Below the pieces are notes generated by a model, which was given only the letters and a program-made list of their open reading frames with translations, made no database searches and was not told the origin of the DNA. This document shows, in pieces, positions 1 through 11,217 of a DNA stretch of 64,000 nucleotides; positions within the stretch are counted from its first letter, which is position 1, and each line of letters begins with the position of its first letter. Position numbers and translations under genes: made by a program. The DNA lies in assembly GCA_024231215.1 (NCBI GenBank), contig JAAEQR010000072.1:193210-257209 (forward strand), given 5' to 3'. The stretch is from PVC group bacterium. Lineage in GTDB: Bacteria > Omnitrophota > Gorgyraeia > B26-G9.

Positions 1-710
1 ATATTCTTTTTGAACGGATCCAGTTTTATTTCGATGTATTCAACATTAACTTGTTCTTGTGTCTTAAATTCTTCTTTATGTGTCTGATAGTAATTTGTTA
101 GATTTTCCTCGTTGTCTACAGATATTTGATCCAAATAACTAGTTGTTTGGATCAATACATAAGAGGCCGTTGCTTTTTCCTGATCGGTCACATAAGATTC
201 TTTAATTTCAGCATCATTTATTATGAGCGTATCTGTAATGTTTTCCATAAGTTTGTTTGTTAGTATTGAGCCTTGAATTCCTGCTTCAAACTCAGCTGTT
301 GTCTGGTTAAAGAGACGTGCAGTGAGCATTGTATAATTTTCAGAGTCAAGGTTGTTATAGCTAAATAGAGGTAAACTTTTAATATAAGTAAATAACTCTT
401 CTTTGCTGACTTTTATTTTTTTTTGCTTTGCTTCATGTAGAAGAATGAGTCTTGTCCAGGTTTGTTCTTCTAGATTGATGTATTTTTCAAGCTCATCACC
501 ATATTGCATCCAGGCATTATTTCTTACTGCTTGTTTTGCCTGTTGATATTTATCCCAAGGAACTTTTTCTCCAAAGAGTTCTCCTGCGTACCCTGAACGG
601 CGGTTTTTTACAGCGCTGCCTACGCCATAGAGAACAAAGGCTGGAACAATAAGTATCGCGATTCCCCACATTATTGTTTTAATGAATTTTCTTAAATGTT
701 TAAATATCAT
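1..710 (-). CDS. PpiD/SurA-like periplasmic chaperone (peptidyl-prolyl isomerase family). N-terminal part only; the gene continues past the window start.
   Basis: Minus-strand ATG at 710..708 with GGAGGG RBS upstream. Translation MIFKHLRKFIKTIMWGIAILIVPAFVLYGVGSA... gives an N-terminal TM anchor followed by a PpiD-like chaperone region. It is absent from the ORF track because it is open-ended. Confidence 0.5.
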   Translation of the reverse strand, partial: MIFKHLRKFIKTIMWGIAILIVPAFVLYGVGSAVKNRRSGYAGELFGEKVPWDKYQQAKQAVRNNAWMQYGDELEKYINLEEQTWTRLILLHEAKQKKIKVSKEELFTYIKSLPLFSYNNLDSENYTMLTARLFNQTTAEFEAGIQGSILTNKLMENITDTLIINDAEIKESYVTDQEKATASYVLIQTTSYLDQISVDNEENLTNYYQTHKEEFKTQEQVNVEYIEIKLDPFKKN

Positions 711-801
711 TTTTCCCTCCGTATTGAAATAAACTATTTAATAATAAATTATTATATGTCTTGAATTAGTATAACGAAAAATAACGGATTTTGCAAATAT
801 T

Positions 802-1821
802 TTGACAAATAATAAGTTGTGTGCTACAGTTCAAATTATGCTCGACTTGAAAGTAAAAAACAGGATAAACAGCGCATTAAATTTCCAGGAATACGACAGG
901 GTTCCTGTTTGTGATTTTCTTCATAATAAGAAGATATTTTACTATTTTTCACACCAACACCACCCTACAATCGAAGACAAGGTAAAGGCCTATCACGGTC
1001 TAGGCATAGATATCTGTTGGCGATTTGAACGCAGGCAGACTCATCGTTTTGACAAGTTCTGGCATGCTTTAAAAAAATATACGGTACGACAGCATCGATT
1101 TCATGTTTTAAACAATGAAGAATTACAGACAGAAGTTGTTGATTTTAAAGAGCAGCAGAAACTATTTGAGCCGCATACTTATTTGGCAATGAGTGTCGAA
1201 GGCTGTCTGAGTGTGGCATATCGCAGCTTAGGCTTAAAAAACTTTTGCGAAAGAATGTATGTAGAACCAATTGAAATAGAGAGACTGATTGAAATATTCG
1301 CCGAGAACCTATATATTCGAGCGAGTGAATTTGCCCGCCAGGAGTTAGGGAATATCTTTTTTATTACCGATGACATCGCCTATGAAAAAGGGCTGATTTT
1401 TTCTACTAGTTTCTTGCAGCGCAATTGGCTGCCGCGTATTAAAAATGCTATTGCGCCTTTAAAAGAGAAAAATATAAAAGTCATTTTACATTCGGATGGA
1501 AATATAAGCGATATACTTGAAGACTTAATTGATGCGGGAATTGATGGTATTCATCCGGTAGATAGTATTTCAGGCATGGATATCGGGATATTAAAGAAGA
1601 CATATGCTAAGGGGTTGCTTTTGTTCGGGAATGTGGTATTTACCGGACAAGATGAAAAGGGTATAATTGAGCAAACCCAAAAATGTATTAAAAGTGCGTC
1701 TTACTCCGGAGGTCATTTTATTGGCTCCCGGGCTGGTATATATGACAATATAGAGTTTGCTACTGTTTTCGCCTTTTTTAATGCCATAAATGACTTTGGG
1801 CATTACTCGTCTGAGAAATAA
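802..1821 (+). CDS. URO-D-like (uroporphyrinogen decarboxylase/MtaA-CmuA family) protein
   Basis: 339-aa ORF. The C-terminal segment KVILHSDGNISDILEDLIDAGIDGIHPVD...LFGNV resembles the URO-D/methyltransferase-like fold. The true start may be the internal ATG near 835. Confidence 0.45.
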   Translation: MTNNKLCATVQIMLDLKVKNRINSALNFQEYDRVPVCDFLHNKKIFYYFSHQHHPTIEDKVKAYHGLGIDICWRFERRQTHRFDKFWHALKKYTVRQHRFHVLNNEELQTEVVDFKEQQKLFEPHTYLAMSVEGCLSVAYRSLGLKNFCERMYVEPIEIERLIEIFAENLYIRASEFARQELGNIFFITDDIAYEKGLIFSTSFLQRNWLPRIKNAIAPLKEKNIKVILHSDGNISDILEDLIDAGIDGIHPVDSISGMDIGILKKTYAKGLLLFGNVVFTGQDEKGIIEQTQKCIKSASYSGGHFIGSRAGIYDNIEFATVFAFFNAINDFGHYSSEK

Positions 1822-1932
1822 AGAAAATCTTACCCCAGAATAATGATTATAACATGTTGCCAATAAACAAATTAAAAAGTTTGTAAAAATCATAAATAAG
1901 TGGTATACTTCTAGTAGGATAAGGGAGTTTTT

Positions 1933-2475
1933 ATGGATAATTTGCATGCACTTTATAAAACGTTTATAAAAGATGCTAAAAAATGCAAGTTATCCGTTTT
2001 TTTTATTGTTTTTCTCGTCGTAATGAGTCTTTGGCCGAGTTCTTCTGTAATAGCTGATCAGATTCCTTATATCGTCAATAAAGTAAGCCGGGAATATGAT
2101 ATATCCTCAGATTTTATTTATCGGGTTATTGAGGCAGAAAGCAGTTTTAATGCCCAGGCTGTGAGTAGATGTGATGCCAGGGGATTGATGCAGATAACCA
2201 GACCTACTTGGAATTGGATTTGTCGAGAATTTTTAGATGTAAACTGGGATTTTGATGTATATGCTTTTGACCCGGAAAAGAATATAATAGTTGGAACTAG
2301 GTTTTTGAAATGGATAGAGAAGTACTTGGAATCGAATAGAGAAAAGCTGAATGATTCTAAGGGGGATTTGATTCTTGCCTGTTATAATGCCGGCCCCGGA
2401 GCAGTAAGAACCCATGGTTTTAGGGTTCCACCCTTTCCTGAAACAATAAGCTATGTTAACAAAATCAACAAGTAA
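1933..2475 (+). CDS. Lytic transglycosylase (SLT domain) protein with N-terminal signal/TM
   Basis: SLT catalytic motif ...EAESSFNAQAVSRCDARGLMQIT... and ...ACYNAGPGAV. A hydrophobic N-terminus is present. Confidence 0.7.
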   Translation: MDNLHALYKTFIKDAKKCKLSVFFIVFLVVMSLWPSSSVIADQIPYIVNKVSREYDISSDFIYRVIEAESSFNAQAVSRCDARGLMQITRPTWNWICREFLDVNWDFDVYAFDPEKNIIVGTRFLKWIEKYLESNREKLNDSKGDLILACYNAGPGAVRTHGFRVPPFPETISYVNKINK

Positions 2476-2719
2476 CGATCAAAATACTCTTTTTTGCGTG
2501 CTCACGCCCTCGCCCGGCTGAAGTCCTTATATTGCCCGTAGGGCTGGCTCGGATGATTGCGCGCGTAAAAAAAGCATTTTGATCGTTTTTTTTGTACTTC
2601 TTCAGTCTATAACTCATTCCTTACTAAAATTATAAAAAATATGTCGTTTTTATGTTATATTTGTGATAAAATCAAAAAGTGAGAAAAACATTGTATTTTT
2701 ATGCCCATTTTGTATAATA

Positions 2720-3388
2720 ATGAATCGAATAGGAATATTATATATAGTTGCAACGCCCATTGGTAATTTGAAAGATATTACTTTTAGAGCTGTGGAGGTA
2801 TTGTCTTCGGTTGATCGTATTGCATGTGAAGATACCCGTCGTACGCGAGTTTTGCTCCACCATTATAATATAAAAAAACCGCTTATAAGTTACTTTGAAT
2901 ATAATAAGCTAAAGAGGATCGATTCTATCCTACGGTCTTTGAAAGAAGGTAAAGACATAGCGTTGGTGAGTGATGCGGGAACTCCAGGTATATCCGATCC
3001 CGGAAGTAGTCTTATTAAACGGGTAATTGCTGAAGGAGTACGTGTGGAAGCAATTCCGGGTGCATCAGCTTCTTTAACTGCGCTGGTATCGTCTGGAGTG
3101 CCGATGCATAAATTTATATTTGAAGGATTTTTGCCAGCAAAGTCCGGAGCGCGTAAGAAGGCATTGGCGAATTTGAGTACGGAAAAGCGAACAATAATTT
3201 TCTACGAATCTCCGCACCGGCTTTTGCGTACACTTGAAGATATGAAAGAGGTTCTGGGCGATCGTGATATTGTTGTTGCCCGGGAATTAACAAAAAAATT
3301 TGAAGAAATACGCCGCGAAAATGTAGAAGAATCTATCAGCTATTTTAAACAAGTGAAACCTAAAGGTGAATTTGTAATTATAATGTAA
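2720..3388 (+). CDS. rsmI: 16S rRNA (cytidine1402-2'-O)-methyltransferase RsmI
   Basis: GILYIVATPIGNLKDITFRAVEVL...ACEDTRRT...SDAGTPGISDPG motifs are typical of RsmI/tetrapyrrole-methylase-fold enzymes. The upstream in-frame ATG at 2663 would add 19 non-conserved residues. Confidence 0.75.
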   Translation: MNRIGILYIVATPIGNLKDITFRAVEVLSSVDRIACEDTRRTRVLLHHYNIKKPLISYFEYNKLKRIDSILRSLKEGKDIALVSDAGTPGISDPGSSLIKRVIAEGVRVEAIPGASASLTALVSSGVPMHKFIFEGFLPAKSGARKKALANLSTEKRTIIFYESPHRLLRTLEDMKEVLGDRDIVVARELTKKFEEIRRENVEESISYFKQVKPKGEFVIIM

Positions 3389-3431
3389 TTTAGTTAAAGC
3401 CCGATTTGGGTGAAAAAAAGGGGGCTCAATT

Positions 3432-3824
3432 ATGAGCGCGGATCATAAATTTGTTATTTTGTTGATGGAAGATGATGAAGTCTTACGTCGATACTTGGCG
3501 AAACTTCTTCGGGCAGATGAGTTTGACATTATTGAAACCGGAAGCGTTAAAGAGGCGATGGAGCATGTGAATACGCCGTTGGATCTGGTTGTAGCTGATT
3601 TGAAAATGCCGGATGATACTGCTATCGGATTCATGAAAAAAATTGCTCAAATGCAGATTGAAATTCCGGTGATTATTATAACGGCTTTTGGAGAATGGGA
3701 AACATATTTGGAGGCTTTAGACCTAGGGGTTTGTGATTATTTAAATAAGCCTATTGAATATACAGAATTAAAAGAAAAAATAGAGGGTGTAATCTCTAAA
3801 GATACTAAAAAGAAAGAAATATAA
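3432..3824 (+). CDS. Stand-alone response-regulator receiver (CheY-like) protein
   Basis: 130 aa. Acidic pocket DDE near the N-terminus, a phospho-acceptor-like D in VVADLKMPD, and conserved T/K further on. Confidence 0.65.
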   Translation: MSADHKFVILLMEDDEVLRRYLAKLLRADEFDIIETGSVKEAMEHVNTPLDLVVADLKMPDDTAIGFMKKIAQMQIEIPVIIITAFGEWETYLEALDLGVCDYLNKPIEYTELKEKIEGVISKDTKKKEI

Positions 3825-3834
3825 CATTTAATAT

Positions 3835-4440
3835 ATGAAGAAAATTGCTATATTTTGTTCTGGATTTGGATCCAATCTCCAGGCAGTTATAACCGCAGTC
3901 GAAAAGGGAAAAATAAAAGCAAAAATCTCGGTTGTTGTAAGCGATCAGATTGATTCATATGCTTTAGTCCGGGCTAAAAAAGCTGGTATCCCGATTCTTT
4001 ATGTAGATCCGCAGGCGTATAAAGACAGGCAGAGTTATGAGAGAGTAGTGGTTAACGCTTTAAGAGAAAAAAAAGTAGACTTTGTTGTTTTGGCTGGATT
4101 TATGCGGATTCTAACCCCATATTTTATTCGCCAATTTAAGGATAAAATAATTAATATACATCCTGCGTTATTGCCTTCTTTTAAAGGAATTCACGGGATA
4201 ACAGATGCATTGGAGTATGGGGTTAAGATTACCGGAGTGACTGTACATTTTATTGATGATAAACCTGATAACGGTCCGATAATTTTTCAAGGGGTTGTTA
4301 CAATAAGGCCCGAGGATAATGAGGAAACTTTGGCAAAGCGTATTCATAGACTTGAACACAGACTCTATCCGGAAGCAATACGATTGCTGGTAAAAGGAAA
4401 ATTGATTTTAAAAGGAAGGAAGGTTGAAATAAAAAAGTAA
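3835..4440 (+). CDS. purN: Phosphoribosylglycinamide formyltransferase
   Basis: MKKIAIFCSGFGSNLQAV...NIHPALLPSFKG...HFIDDKPDNGPII are canonical PurN motifs. Confidence 0.85.
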   Translation: MKKIAIFCSGFGSNLQAVITAVEKGKIKAKISVVVSDQIDSYALVRAKKAGIPILYVDPQAYKDRQSYERVVVNALREKKVDFVVLAGFMRILTPYFIRQFKDKIINIHPALLPSFKGIHGITDALEYGVKITGVTVHFIDDKPDNGPIIFQGVVTIRPEDNEETLAKRIHRLEHRLYPEAIRLLVKGKLILKGRKVEIKK

Positions 4441-4441
4441 T

Positions 4442-5866
4442 ATGAAAAAAACCACACAGATTCGTTTCGGAACATCAGGGTGGCGGGCCATAATGGCTGA
4501 TGAGTTTACTTTTGATAATGTCCGTTTGGTAAGTCAGGCTATTGCTGATTATGTTAAATCCGAAAGTTCTTCACATAAAGTCATTGTTGGATATGATACT
4601 CGTTTCTTATCTGGAAGTTTTGCCAAAGCTTGTGCTCAGGTGCTTGCGGCAAATAAAATAAAGGTATTACTTACTGAGAGGGATACCCCCACGCCGGTTC
4701 TTGCATATCATGTTATTGATAAAAAGCTTGCGGGAGCTATAAATTTTACGGCAAGTCATAATCCTCCGGAGTATAATGGAATCAAATTTTCTTCACGTTA
4801 TGGCGGTCCGGCTCCTGAATCGGTAACTTCAGCAATTGAAAAAAGACTGGTTCAATTACAAACAACAGGGTGTATAGCTAAAAAGGGAAATTCGGAAAAT
4901 CCCCTTATAAATATATTTGACCCGAGTAAAGATTATATTAGTCGCATTAAAAAAATTATCGATTTGAAGCTTATTAAAAAAGCGCATTTAAAAATAGGCA
5001 TTGATTGTAAATATGGGACAAGCAGAGATTATATAGATAGAATTTTAAATGGCAGTTGTTCAAAGATGGTAGTGTTCAATAATACAATTAATCCGTTATT
5101 TGGCGGGTTTCCTCCTGAACCGGACAAGCCATATATAAAGCCGTTGATTGCGTTGATTAAAAAAGAGTGTTTTGATTTAGGTCTTGGTTGTGACGGAGAC
5201 GGCGACCGCTTTGGTATTGTTGATCGGGGCGGTATATTTATAACTCCGAATGAGGTTGTTACGCTTTTATTCTATTATCTCTTAAAGACTAGGAGTAGTA
5301 AGGCTAAAAAGGTAGCGCGTACTTTAGCTACAACTCACATGATTGATGCTATTGCGCGTAAAGAAGATATAGAGTTGGTAGAGACTCCGGTTGGCTTTAA
5401 ATATATCGGAGAAGCGTTGAGTAAAGGAGACTGTCTTATTGGAGGAGAAGAGTCCGGCGGACTTTCAATTATGGGTCATGTTCCGGAAAAAGATGGTATT
5501 TTGGCCTGTCTTTTGATTGCCGAGATGGTAGCTTCGGAAAAGAAATCCCTGATGGAAATACTGCGGTTGCTTTACCGTAAGTATGGATATTTCTATTCGG
5601 ATAGAATAAATCTGCATCTTGCTCCGAATCGAAAGAAGGCATTGCTTAACCGTTTACAGAAATTAAGCAGACAGAAGTCTTTTTTCGGAATGACAATAAA
5701 GAGCAAAGACTTAACTGACGGGTATAAATTCATTTTTGAACATAATTGCTGGTTAATGGTTAGGCCGTCGGGGACTGAGCCGATACTACGTTGTTATATG
5801 GAGGCAAGTTCTAAAAAGAAAGTACAAAATCTGAAAAGTTTGTTGAGGAAATATCTTCAGATATAA
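4442..5866 (+). CDS. Phosphoglucomutase/phosphomannomutase family protein
   Basis: FGTSGWRA substrate loop, TASHNPPEYNGIKF active-site serine loop, GCDGDGDRF metal-binding loop and GEESGG motif. Confidence 0.85.
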   Translation: MKKTTQIRFGTSGWRAIMADEFTFDNVRLVSQAIADYVKSESSSHKVIVGYDTRFLSGSFAKACAQVLAANKIKVLLTERDTPTPVLAYHVIDKKLAGAINFTASHNPPEYNGIKFSSRYGGPAPESVTSAIEKRLVQLQTTGCIAKKGNSENPLINIFDPSKDYISRIKKIIDLKLIKKAHLKIGIDCKYGTSRDYIDRILNGSCSKMVVFNNTINPLFGGFPPEPDKPYIKPLIALIKKECFDLGLGCDGDGDRFGIVDRGGIFITPNEVVTLLFYYLLKTRSSKAKKVARTLATTHMIDAIARKEDIELVETPVGFKYIGEALSKGDCLIGGEESGGLSIMGHVPEKDGILACLLIAEMVASEKKSLMEILRLLYRKYGYFYSDRINLHLAPNRKKALLNRLQKLSRQKSFFGMTIKSKDLTDGYKFIFEHNCWLMVRPSGTEPILRCYMEASSKKKVQNLKSLLRKYLQI

Positions 5867-5936
5867 TTTATTGGTTGACTTTTAAAAATATTAGTTGTAT
5901 ATTTATGCTAGACTAAAAAGTAAGAGGAGTGTTTTT

Positions 5937-6815
5937 TTGAGAAAAATATTACTTTTTATTGTTATATGTGCTATATTTTCAACTTCACTGGTTTTTGCGG
6001 AAAAGCAAGATAAAGTAAAGTTGAAATATGAATTTAAAGTTGGGGATACTCTCAATTATAATCTAAAAGTTGACGGAAAAGTTGAAATTGAAATAAAACC
6101 GGCAACGGGTAGAAGTTTGCCTAAAAACACGGCAAAGATGCAAGGTTCTTTTTCATATATGCAGGAAGTTACAGAAGTTGATGATATAAGTGATACAGCC
6201 AAGATTCAGGTGTCCTATGGTAATGCAAATATGGATACAATTATTGGCGATCAGACAATTCCCAATGCAGAGGTGGCGGCTTTAAACGGTAAGGTTGCTT
6301 TATTAACTGTGGCAAAAGACGGTAAAGTGAAAAATTATGATATGCCGGACGGATTGCCGGCATCTTTTCAAGGTAGTGATTTTACTAGACTTTTTGTAGA
6401 ATTCCCGGAGCATGCATTGCGTAGGGGAGAAAGCTGGTTTAGACAATCTGAATCTTCAGAAGATGCACAGGAAAATATATCAGCCAAACATGTGACCAAT
6501 TCTAAATATACTTTCCTTACGGTTGAACAAAGAGGGGCGTATAGTTGTGCTAAGGTGCGGTTAGAGAGTGAGACTAGTTCTTATACGACTTCGAATAAGA
6601 ATGACCTTAGTTTGGAGGGTGTAATAAAAGGAAAGATTAGCGGGATCATTTACTATGATCTAGTCGGTGGATACGTTGTCTATTCTGAAGTGCATACAGC
6701 CTTGGATAATGAAATTGTAACTAAAGTAAATACGGAAACACCAGAAGCTGAGGCAACAGGTTCTATAACAACAATTCTTAATACGACATTACATACGATT
6801 ACAGAATTATTGTAA
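5937..6815 (+). CDS. Secreted hypothetical protein, paralog A of the protein at 35239..36144
   Basis: In-frame TTG at 5937, 9 nt after AAGAGGAG, gives a signal peptide LRKILLFIVICAIFSTSLVFA, then EKQDKVKLKYEFKVGDTLNY... The C-terminus ...ITELL. An ATG at 5895 is an alternative start. Confidence 0.6.
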   Translation: MRKILLFIVICAIFSTSLVFAEKQDKVKLKYEFKVGDTLNYNLKVDGKVEIEIKPATGRSLPKNTAKMQGSFSYMQEVTEVDDISDTAKIQVSYGNANMDTIIGDQTIPNAEVAALNGKVALLTVAKDGKVKNYDMPDGLPASFQGSDFTRLFVEFPEHALRRGESWFRQSESSEDAQENISAKHVTNSKYTFLTVEQRGAYSCAKVRLESETSSYTTSNKNDLSLEGVIKGKISGIIYYDLVGGYVVYSEVHTALDNEIVTKVNTETPEAEATGSITTILNTTLHTITELL

Positions 6816-6832
6816 CCATGTTAAAGAAATGA

Positions 6833-8146
<1,314 letters not shown>

Positions 8147-8155
8147 GAGAAAACC

Positions 8156-8434
8156 GTGAAAATGAATTTGAATTGGTGGAAGATAATTTTAGGGTTTGTG
8201 GTTATAGTTGCGATATTTTTTCCATCATATTCTAAGATTCAAAAGCTTAAATCTAAAGATGCTGATCTTTCTCAGGAGTTAGAACGCAAAAATAAGGAAA
8301 ATAAAGAATTATCGGAAGAAATTGAGATGTTAAAAACAGATCCTGTTTATATCGAAGAGGTTGCTAGAGATACACTCAAAGTTGCCCGGGAGAACGAAAT
8401 TGTTTTTAGAGTTGTTAATGATGAAGAAGAGTAG
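8156..8434 (+). CDS. ftsB: Cell-division protein FtsB/DivIC (septum formation initiator) family
   Basis: 92 aa. N-terminal TM, then a coiled coil (LKSKDADLSQELERKNKENKELSEEIEMLK) and the conserved DPVYIEEVAR motif. Confidence 0.7.
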   Translation: MKMNLNWWKIILGFVVIVAIFFPSYSKIQKLKSKDADLSQELERKNKENKELSEEIEMLKTDPVYIEEVARDTLKVARENEIVFRVVNDEEE

Positions 8435-8436
8435 AT

Positions 8437-8769
8437 ATGGAAGAAAATAGTTTTAAAATCGGCGATTCAGTAGAAGCAGAAGTTACCAAAATTCATGCTT
8501 TTGGTGCAGTAGTAAAACTACCGAACAATAAACGGGGACTAATTCATATTTCACAGATTTCCGATGATTATGTTAAAAATATCAATGAGTATTTAAAAAT
8601 CGGTGACAAAGTAACAGCAAAAATAAAAAAGATTACCAGCGATGGAAAAATTGATCTAACGCTGAAGAAAAAAAAGAAAGTTGATATTCCAGTTTCTCGG
8701 GAGAAGGAGTTTAAAACTTGTGCTTTCGAGGAGAAACTGGATGCATTTTTAAAAAAGACAAAAGAATGA
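8437..8769 (+). CDS. S1 RNA-binding domain protein
   Basis: FKIGDSVEAEVTKIHAFGAVVKL...GLIHISQISDDYVKNINEYLKIGDKVTAKI is a typical S1 fold signature. Confidence 0.7.
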   Translation: MEENSFKIGDSVEAEVTKIHAFGAVVKLPNNKRGLIHISQISDDYVKNINEYLKIGDKVTAKIKKITSDGKIDLTLKKKKKVDIPVSREKEFKTCAFEEKLDAFLKKTKE

Positions 8770-8846
<77 letters not shown>

Positions 8847-9043
8847 AATTAATTGTATCTCCTTAAGTAGATTTGAACTAAAAGGGGATTTTAAGGGGAA
8901 AGATTGTTTCCCCTTATCGGAGTACTAGAACATCATTGCGGAGGGAAAGGGAATATTAAGGGGAAACTGTAAGAGTGTCCCCTTAAAGAGCGCATCCGCC
9001 TGTGGCGGAAAGCGATGTGAAATTCTGTCCCCCGCTACCAATT
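8847..9043 (+). repeat. Imperfect direct repeat of the tRNA-fMet 3' end, enclosing two copies of a 9-10-bp-stem palindromic hairpin
   Basis: ctgtcccccgctacca at 8831..8846 recurs at 9025..9040. Hairpins taaggggaaa/tttcccctta (8892..8916) and ttaagggga/tccccttaa (8956..8986) lie between. A ccgcc-tgt-ggcgg hairpin sits at 8996..9008 and a GC hairpin cggccgca-gatt-tgcggccg at 9051..9070. Confidence 0.6.
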
Positions 9044-9114
9044 TTTGTAACGGCCGCAGATTTGCGGCCGCTACTCGAACCGCAAAAGGGGTTTTTTGAA
9101 ATCAGGAGTTTGTA

Positions 9115-10092
9115 TTGAAATTCGAAGAGATAATTGAAGTAAAACACTGGCAAAACATTCAAAACACCCTTTCCTCAATAGTCAATATTTCCCTCAGAAC
9201 GGTGAATGATTCAGGCGAGATAATTGTTCGTCCTTCAAATTCAGCGGCACTTTGTATGGATGTACTTACTGACTATCCCGAGGCAATAGAAGAATGTTGG
9301 CAGTGGTTTCCACAGCTTGCACAACAGATGAAAAGTTGCCAAGAGTCTAAATATTATCAAATACCTTGTCCTTTCGGGCTGGTGAATTTTGCTTTGCCGA
9401 TCAATATTGGTGCTGACCAGAGGATGAATCTTATTATTGGACCGGTTAATTTTGAAAATAGTATTGATGTATCAGTTGTTATAAACTCCTTGCAGAAATT
9501 GGGTATTAAAGATAAACGTACTCAGGAATGCTTTGACAAACTACCCAAAATTAGTTCTTCACAATTACAATATATTGTGAATTTTTTGCAGACGGTAATT
9601 CAGTTAATGAAACGGTTGAATATTTTTCGGCAGGATTCAGAGACCAAAGTTTTTACTTTGGAGAAAGAATCGATAAACTCTTTCTTGAAGATTTTTTTAG
9701 AATTGTCTATGAAACTTTGCGATGCTGAGTTTGGTTCTGTGATGGTTTTTGAAAAAAGCACACAGCAGTTGTCTATAAAAGAATCAAAGGGATTGAGTAA
9801 AGAAGTTGTAAATGAAACAAAAATTAAACCGGGAGAAGGCCTAGCTGGCTTAACAATTGAACGCCGGAAAGCACTTTTTCTTAATGACCAGCTAAAAGAT
9901 CGTGAGGCTCGGTTGCGCATGAACAAGCCGACGATTAAGTCAGCGTTTGTTATTCCGGTGTTTTACCATAAAGATATTCTAGGTGTAATCAGTGTTGCTA
10001 CAGCAAAACAGCCGAACAGATTTTCGGATCAGTTGATGGAATTACTGAATGAGCTGGTAGGGCTGGCCTTAGAGAGAGTTTCTATTAAGTAG
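9115..10092 (+). CDS. Sensor protein with a C-terminal GAF domain. The N-terminal sensory domain is uncharacterised and possibly PocR-like.
   Basis: TTG start 8 nt after AGGAG. The C-terminal ~150 aa (LSMKLCDAEFGSVMVFEKSTQQLSIKESKG...AFVIPVFYHKDILGVISVA) has the GAF pattern. No output domain was recognised. Confidence 0.5.
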   Translation: MKFEEIIEVKHWQNIQNTLSSIVNISLRTVNDSGEIIVRPSNSAALCMDVLTDYPEAIEECWQWFPQLAQQMKSCQESKYYQIPCPFGLVNFALPINIGADQRMNLIIGPVNFENSIDVSVVINSLQKLGIKDKRTQECFDKLPKISSSQLQYIVNFLQTVIQLMKRLNIFRQDSETKVFTLEKESINSFLKIFLELSMKLCDAEFGSVMVFEKSTQQLSIKESKGLSKEVVNETKIKPGEGLAGLTIERRKALFLNDQLKDREARLRMNKPTIKSAFVIPVFYHKDILGVISVATAKQPNRFSDQLMELLNELVGLALERVSIK

Positions 10093-10093
10093 T

Positions 10094-10170
10094 GGCGGTG
10101 TAGCTCAGCCTGGTAGAGCAAACGGCTCATACCCGTTATGTCAGTGGTTCAAATCCACTCGCCGCTACCA
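10094..10170 (+). tRNA. tRNA with CAU anticodon: elongator tRNA-Met or tRNA-Ile2 (lysidine). tilS is present in this window.
   Basis: ggcggtgtagctcagcctggtagagcaaacggctcatacccgttatgtcagtggttcaaatccactcgccgctacca. The cloverleaf folds with G1:U72, anticodon loop ctCATac and an encoded CCA. Confidence 0.8.
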
Positions 10171-10180
10171 TGTTTTACTT

Positions 10181-10212
10181 GATAACACCACCATTTTCAT
10201 GGTGGTGTTTAC
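10181..10212 (+). terminator. Rho-independent terminator after the tRNA
   Basis: Hairpin aacaccaccat-tttc-atggtggtgtt followed by tacttttat. Confidence 0.6.
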
Positions 10213-10281
10213 TTTTATGATTGTTTTCTTTTCTCTTTACTACTATCATATTATAGAGTTATAATATAAGCGGAAAACGAA

Positions 10282-11205
10282 ATGGAGAAAGTTATGAATT
10301 ATAATTTTAAAAGAATCTGTTTTACTTATTTTTGTCTATTATGTCTTTTACTTCAAGCTCAAAGTTTATGTGCTGCTTCTGTAAATCTTCCTTCAAGTGT
10401 AGGCGAGGATCGTCATGAAAAAAAATCAACAGAAGTTTTTACATTTAAAGAGACCTGGATGAATAATTGGCTGGAAGATGTAAGAGGGTCAATTGGTGCA
10501 GAGATAGATTATTTGTATGGACGGGATATGGATGTAGTTACAGTTATTGGTGCCAAAAATTCTAAAATAGAAGGTCAGTTCTATTCAGTCAAAATGGGTT
10601 TTTCATTGAATGAAAAGATAGATATTTACACTAATATCGGAGTAACAGAAGGAATAAAATATACCTTTTCGTATCCTTCGGGAAGAACACGAGCAATCAG
10701 TTTTGAAAATGCATTGACATATGGAGGTGGTGTTACCTTACGGCTTGTAAAATTCCCGAGTGGTTTGCAATGGTTTGTTGACGGTAATTTTCGAGCGATA
10801 GATTCTTTAGTGGCTGCTGATGTTTCGGATAATGGCTTAACTCGCATATTTTCTAATGCAGTTGAGGTGGAATCATTTTATGAGGAATGGCATGGAGCCG
10901 TAGGTATGAGTCGGGAATTTCAGATTGGAGTTTCTGAAAATTCACCGTATCTATTAATGTATGCCGGAGCAAAATATTCAAATGTTAGCATGCTGGCTAC
11001 TGGAAACGCAACTGCTCCAGGGGCGTATGGCACAGGACATCTTAAAGCGAAAGATAATGTTGGGTTTTTTACTGGTTTATCCTATATTTGTGGGATAGAG
11101 GAGGATACAAGATATACAGATGTTAAGATGTATAGTACGATTGATCTCCAGGCCCGGTTTTGCGATGAGACAGCATTTTCTTTAAATTTTAATTTTAAAT
11201 TTTAA
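10282..11205 (+). CDS. Putative outer-membrane beta-barrel protein (porin/MOMP-like) with signal peptide
   Basis: Signal peptide ending LCAAS. Alternating amphipathic beta-like segments, and a C-terminus ...FSLNFNFKF ending in Phe as in OMP sorting signals. Confidence 0.5.
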   Translation: MEKVMNYNFKRICFTYFCLLCLLLQAQSLCAASVNLPSSVGEDRHEKKSTEVFTFKETWMNNWLEDVRGSIGAEIDYLYGRDMDVVTVIGAKNSKIEGQFYSVKMGFSLNEKIDIYTNIGVTEGIKYTFSYPSGRTRAISFENALTYGGGVTLRLVKFPSGLQWFVDGNFRAIDSLVAADVSDNGLTRIFSNAVEVESFYEEWHGAVGMSREFQIGVSENSPYLLMYAGAKYSNVSMLATGNATAPGAYGTGHLKAKDNVGFFTGLSYICGIEEDTRYTDVKMYSTIDLQARFCDETAFSLNFNFKF

Positions 11206-11217
11206 CGGAGGTAAAAA

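Noticed and set aside
9016-9040. Second tRNA or pseudo-tRNA at the duplicated 3' end.
   Set aside because: Only the acceptor 3' strand and part of the T-arm are present. No D-arm or anticodon arm can be folded, so it is a fragment and not a gene.
8847-9043. Possible CRISPR array from the repeated taagggga hairpins.
   Set aside because: There are only two copies, with different spacer lengths, and no cas genes in the window. I describe it as a tRNA-associated repeat scar instead.
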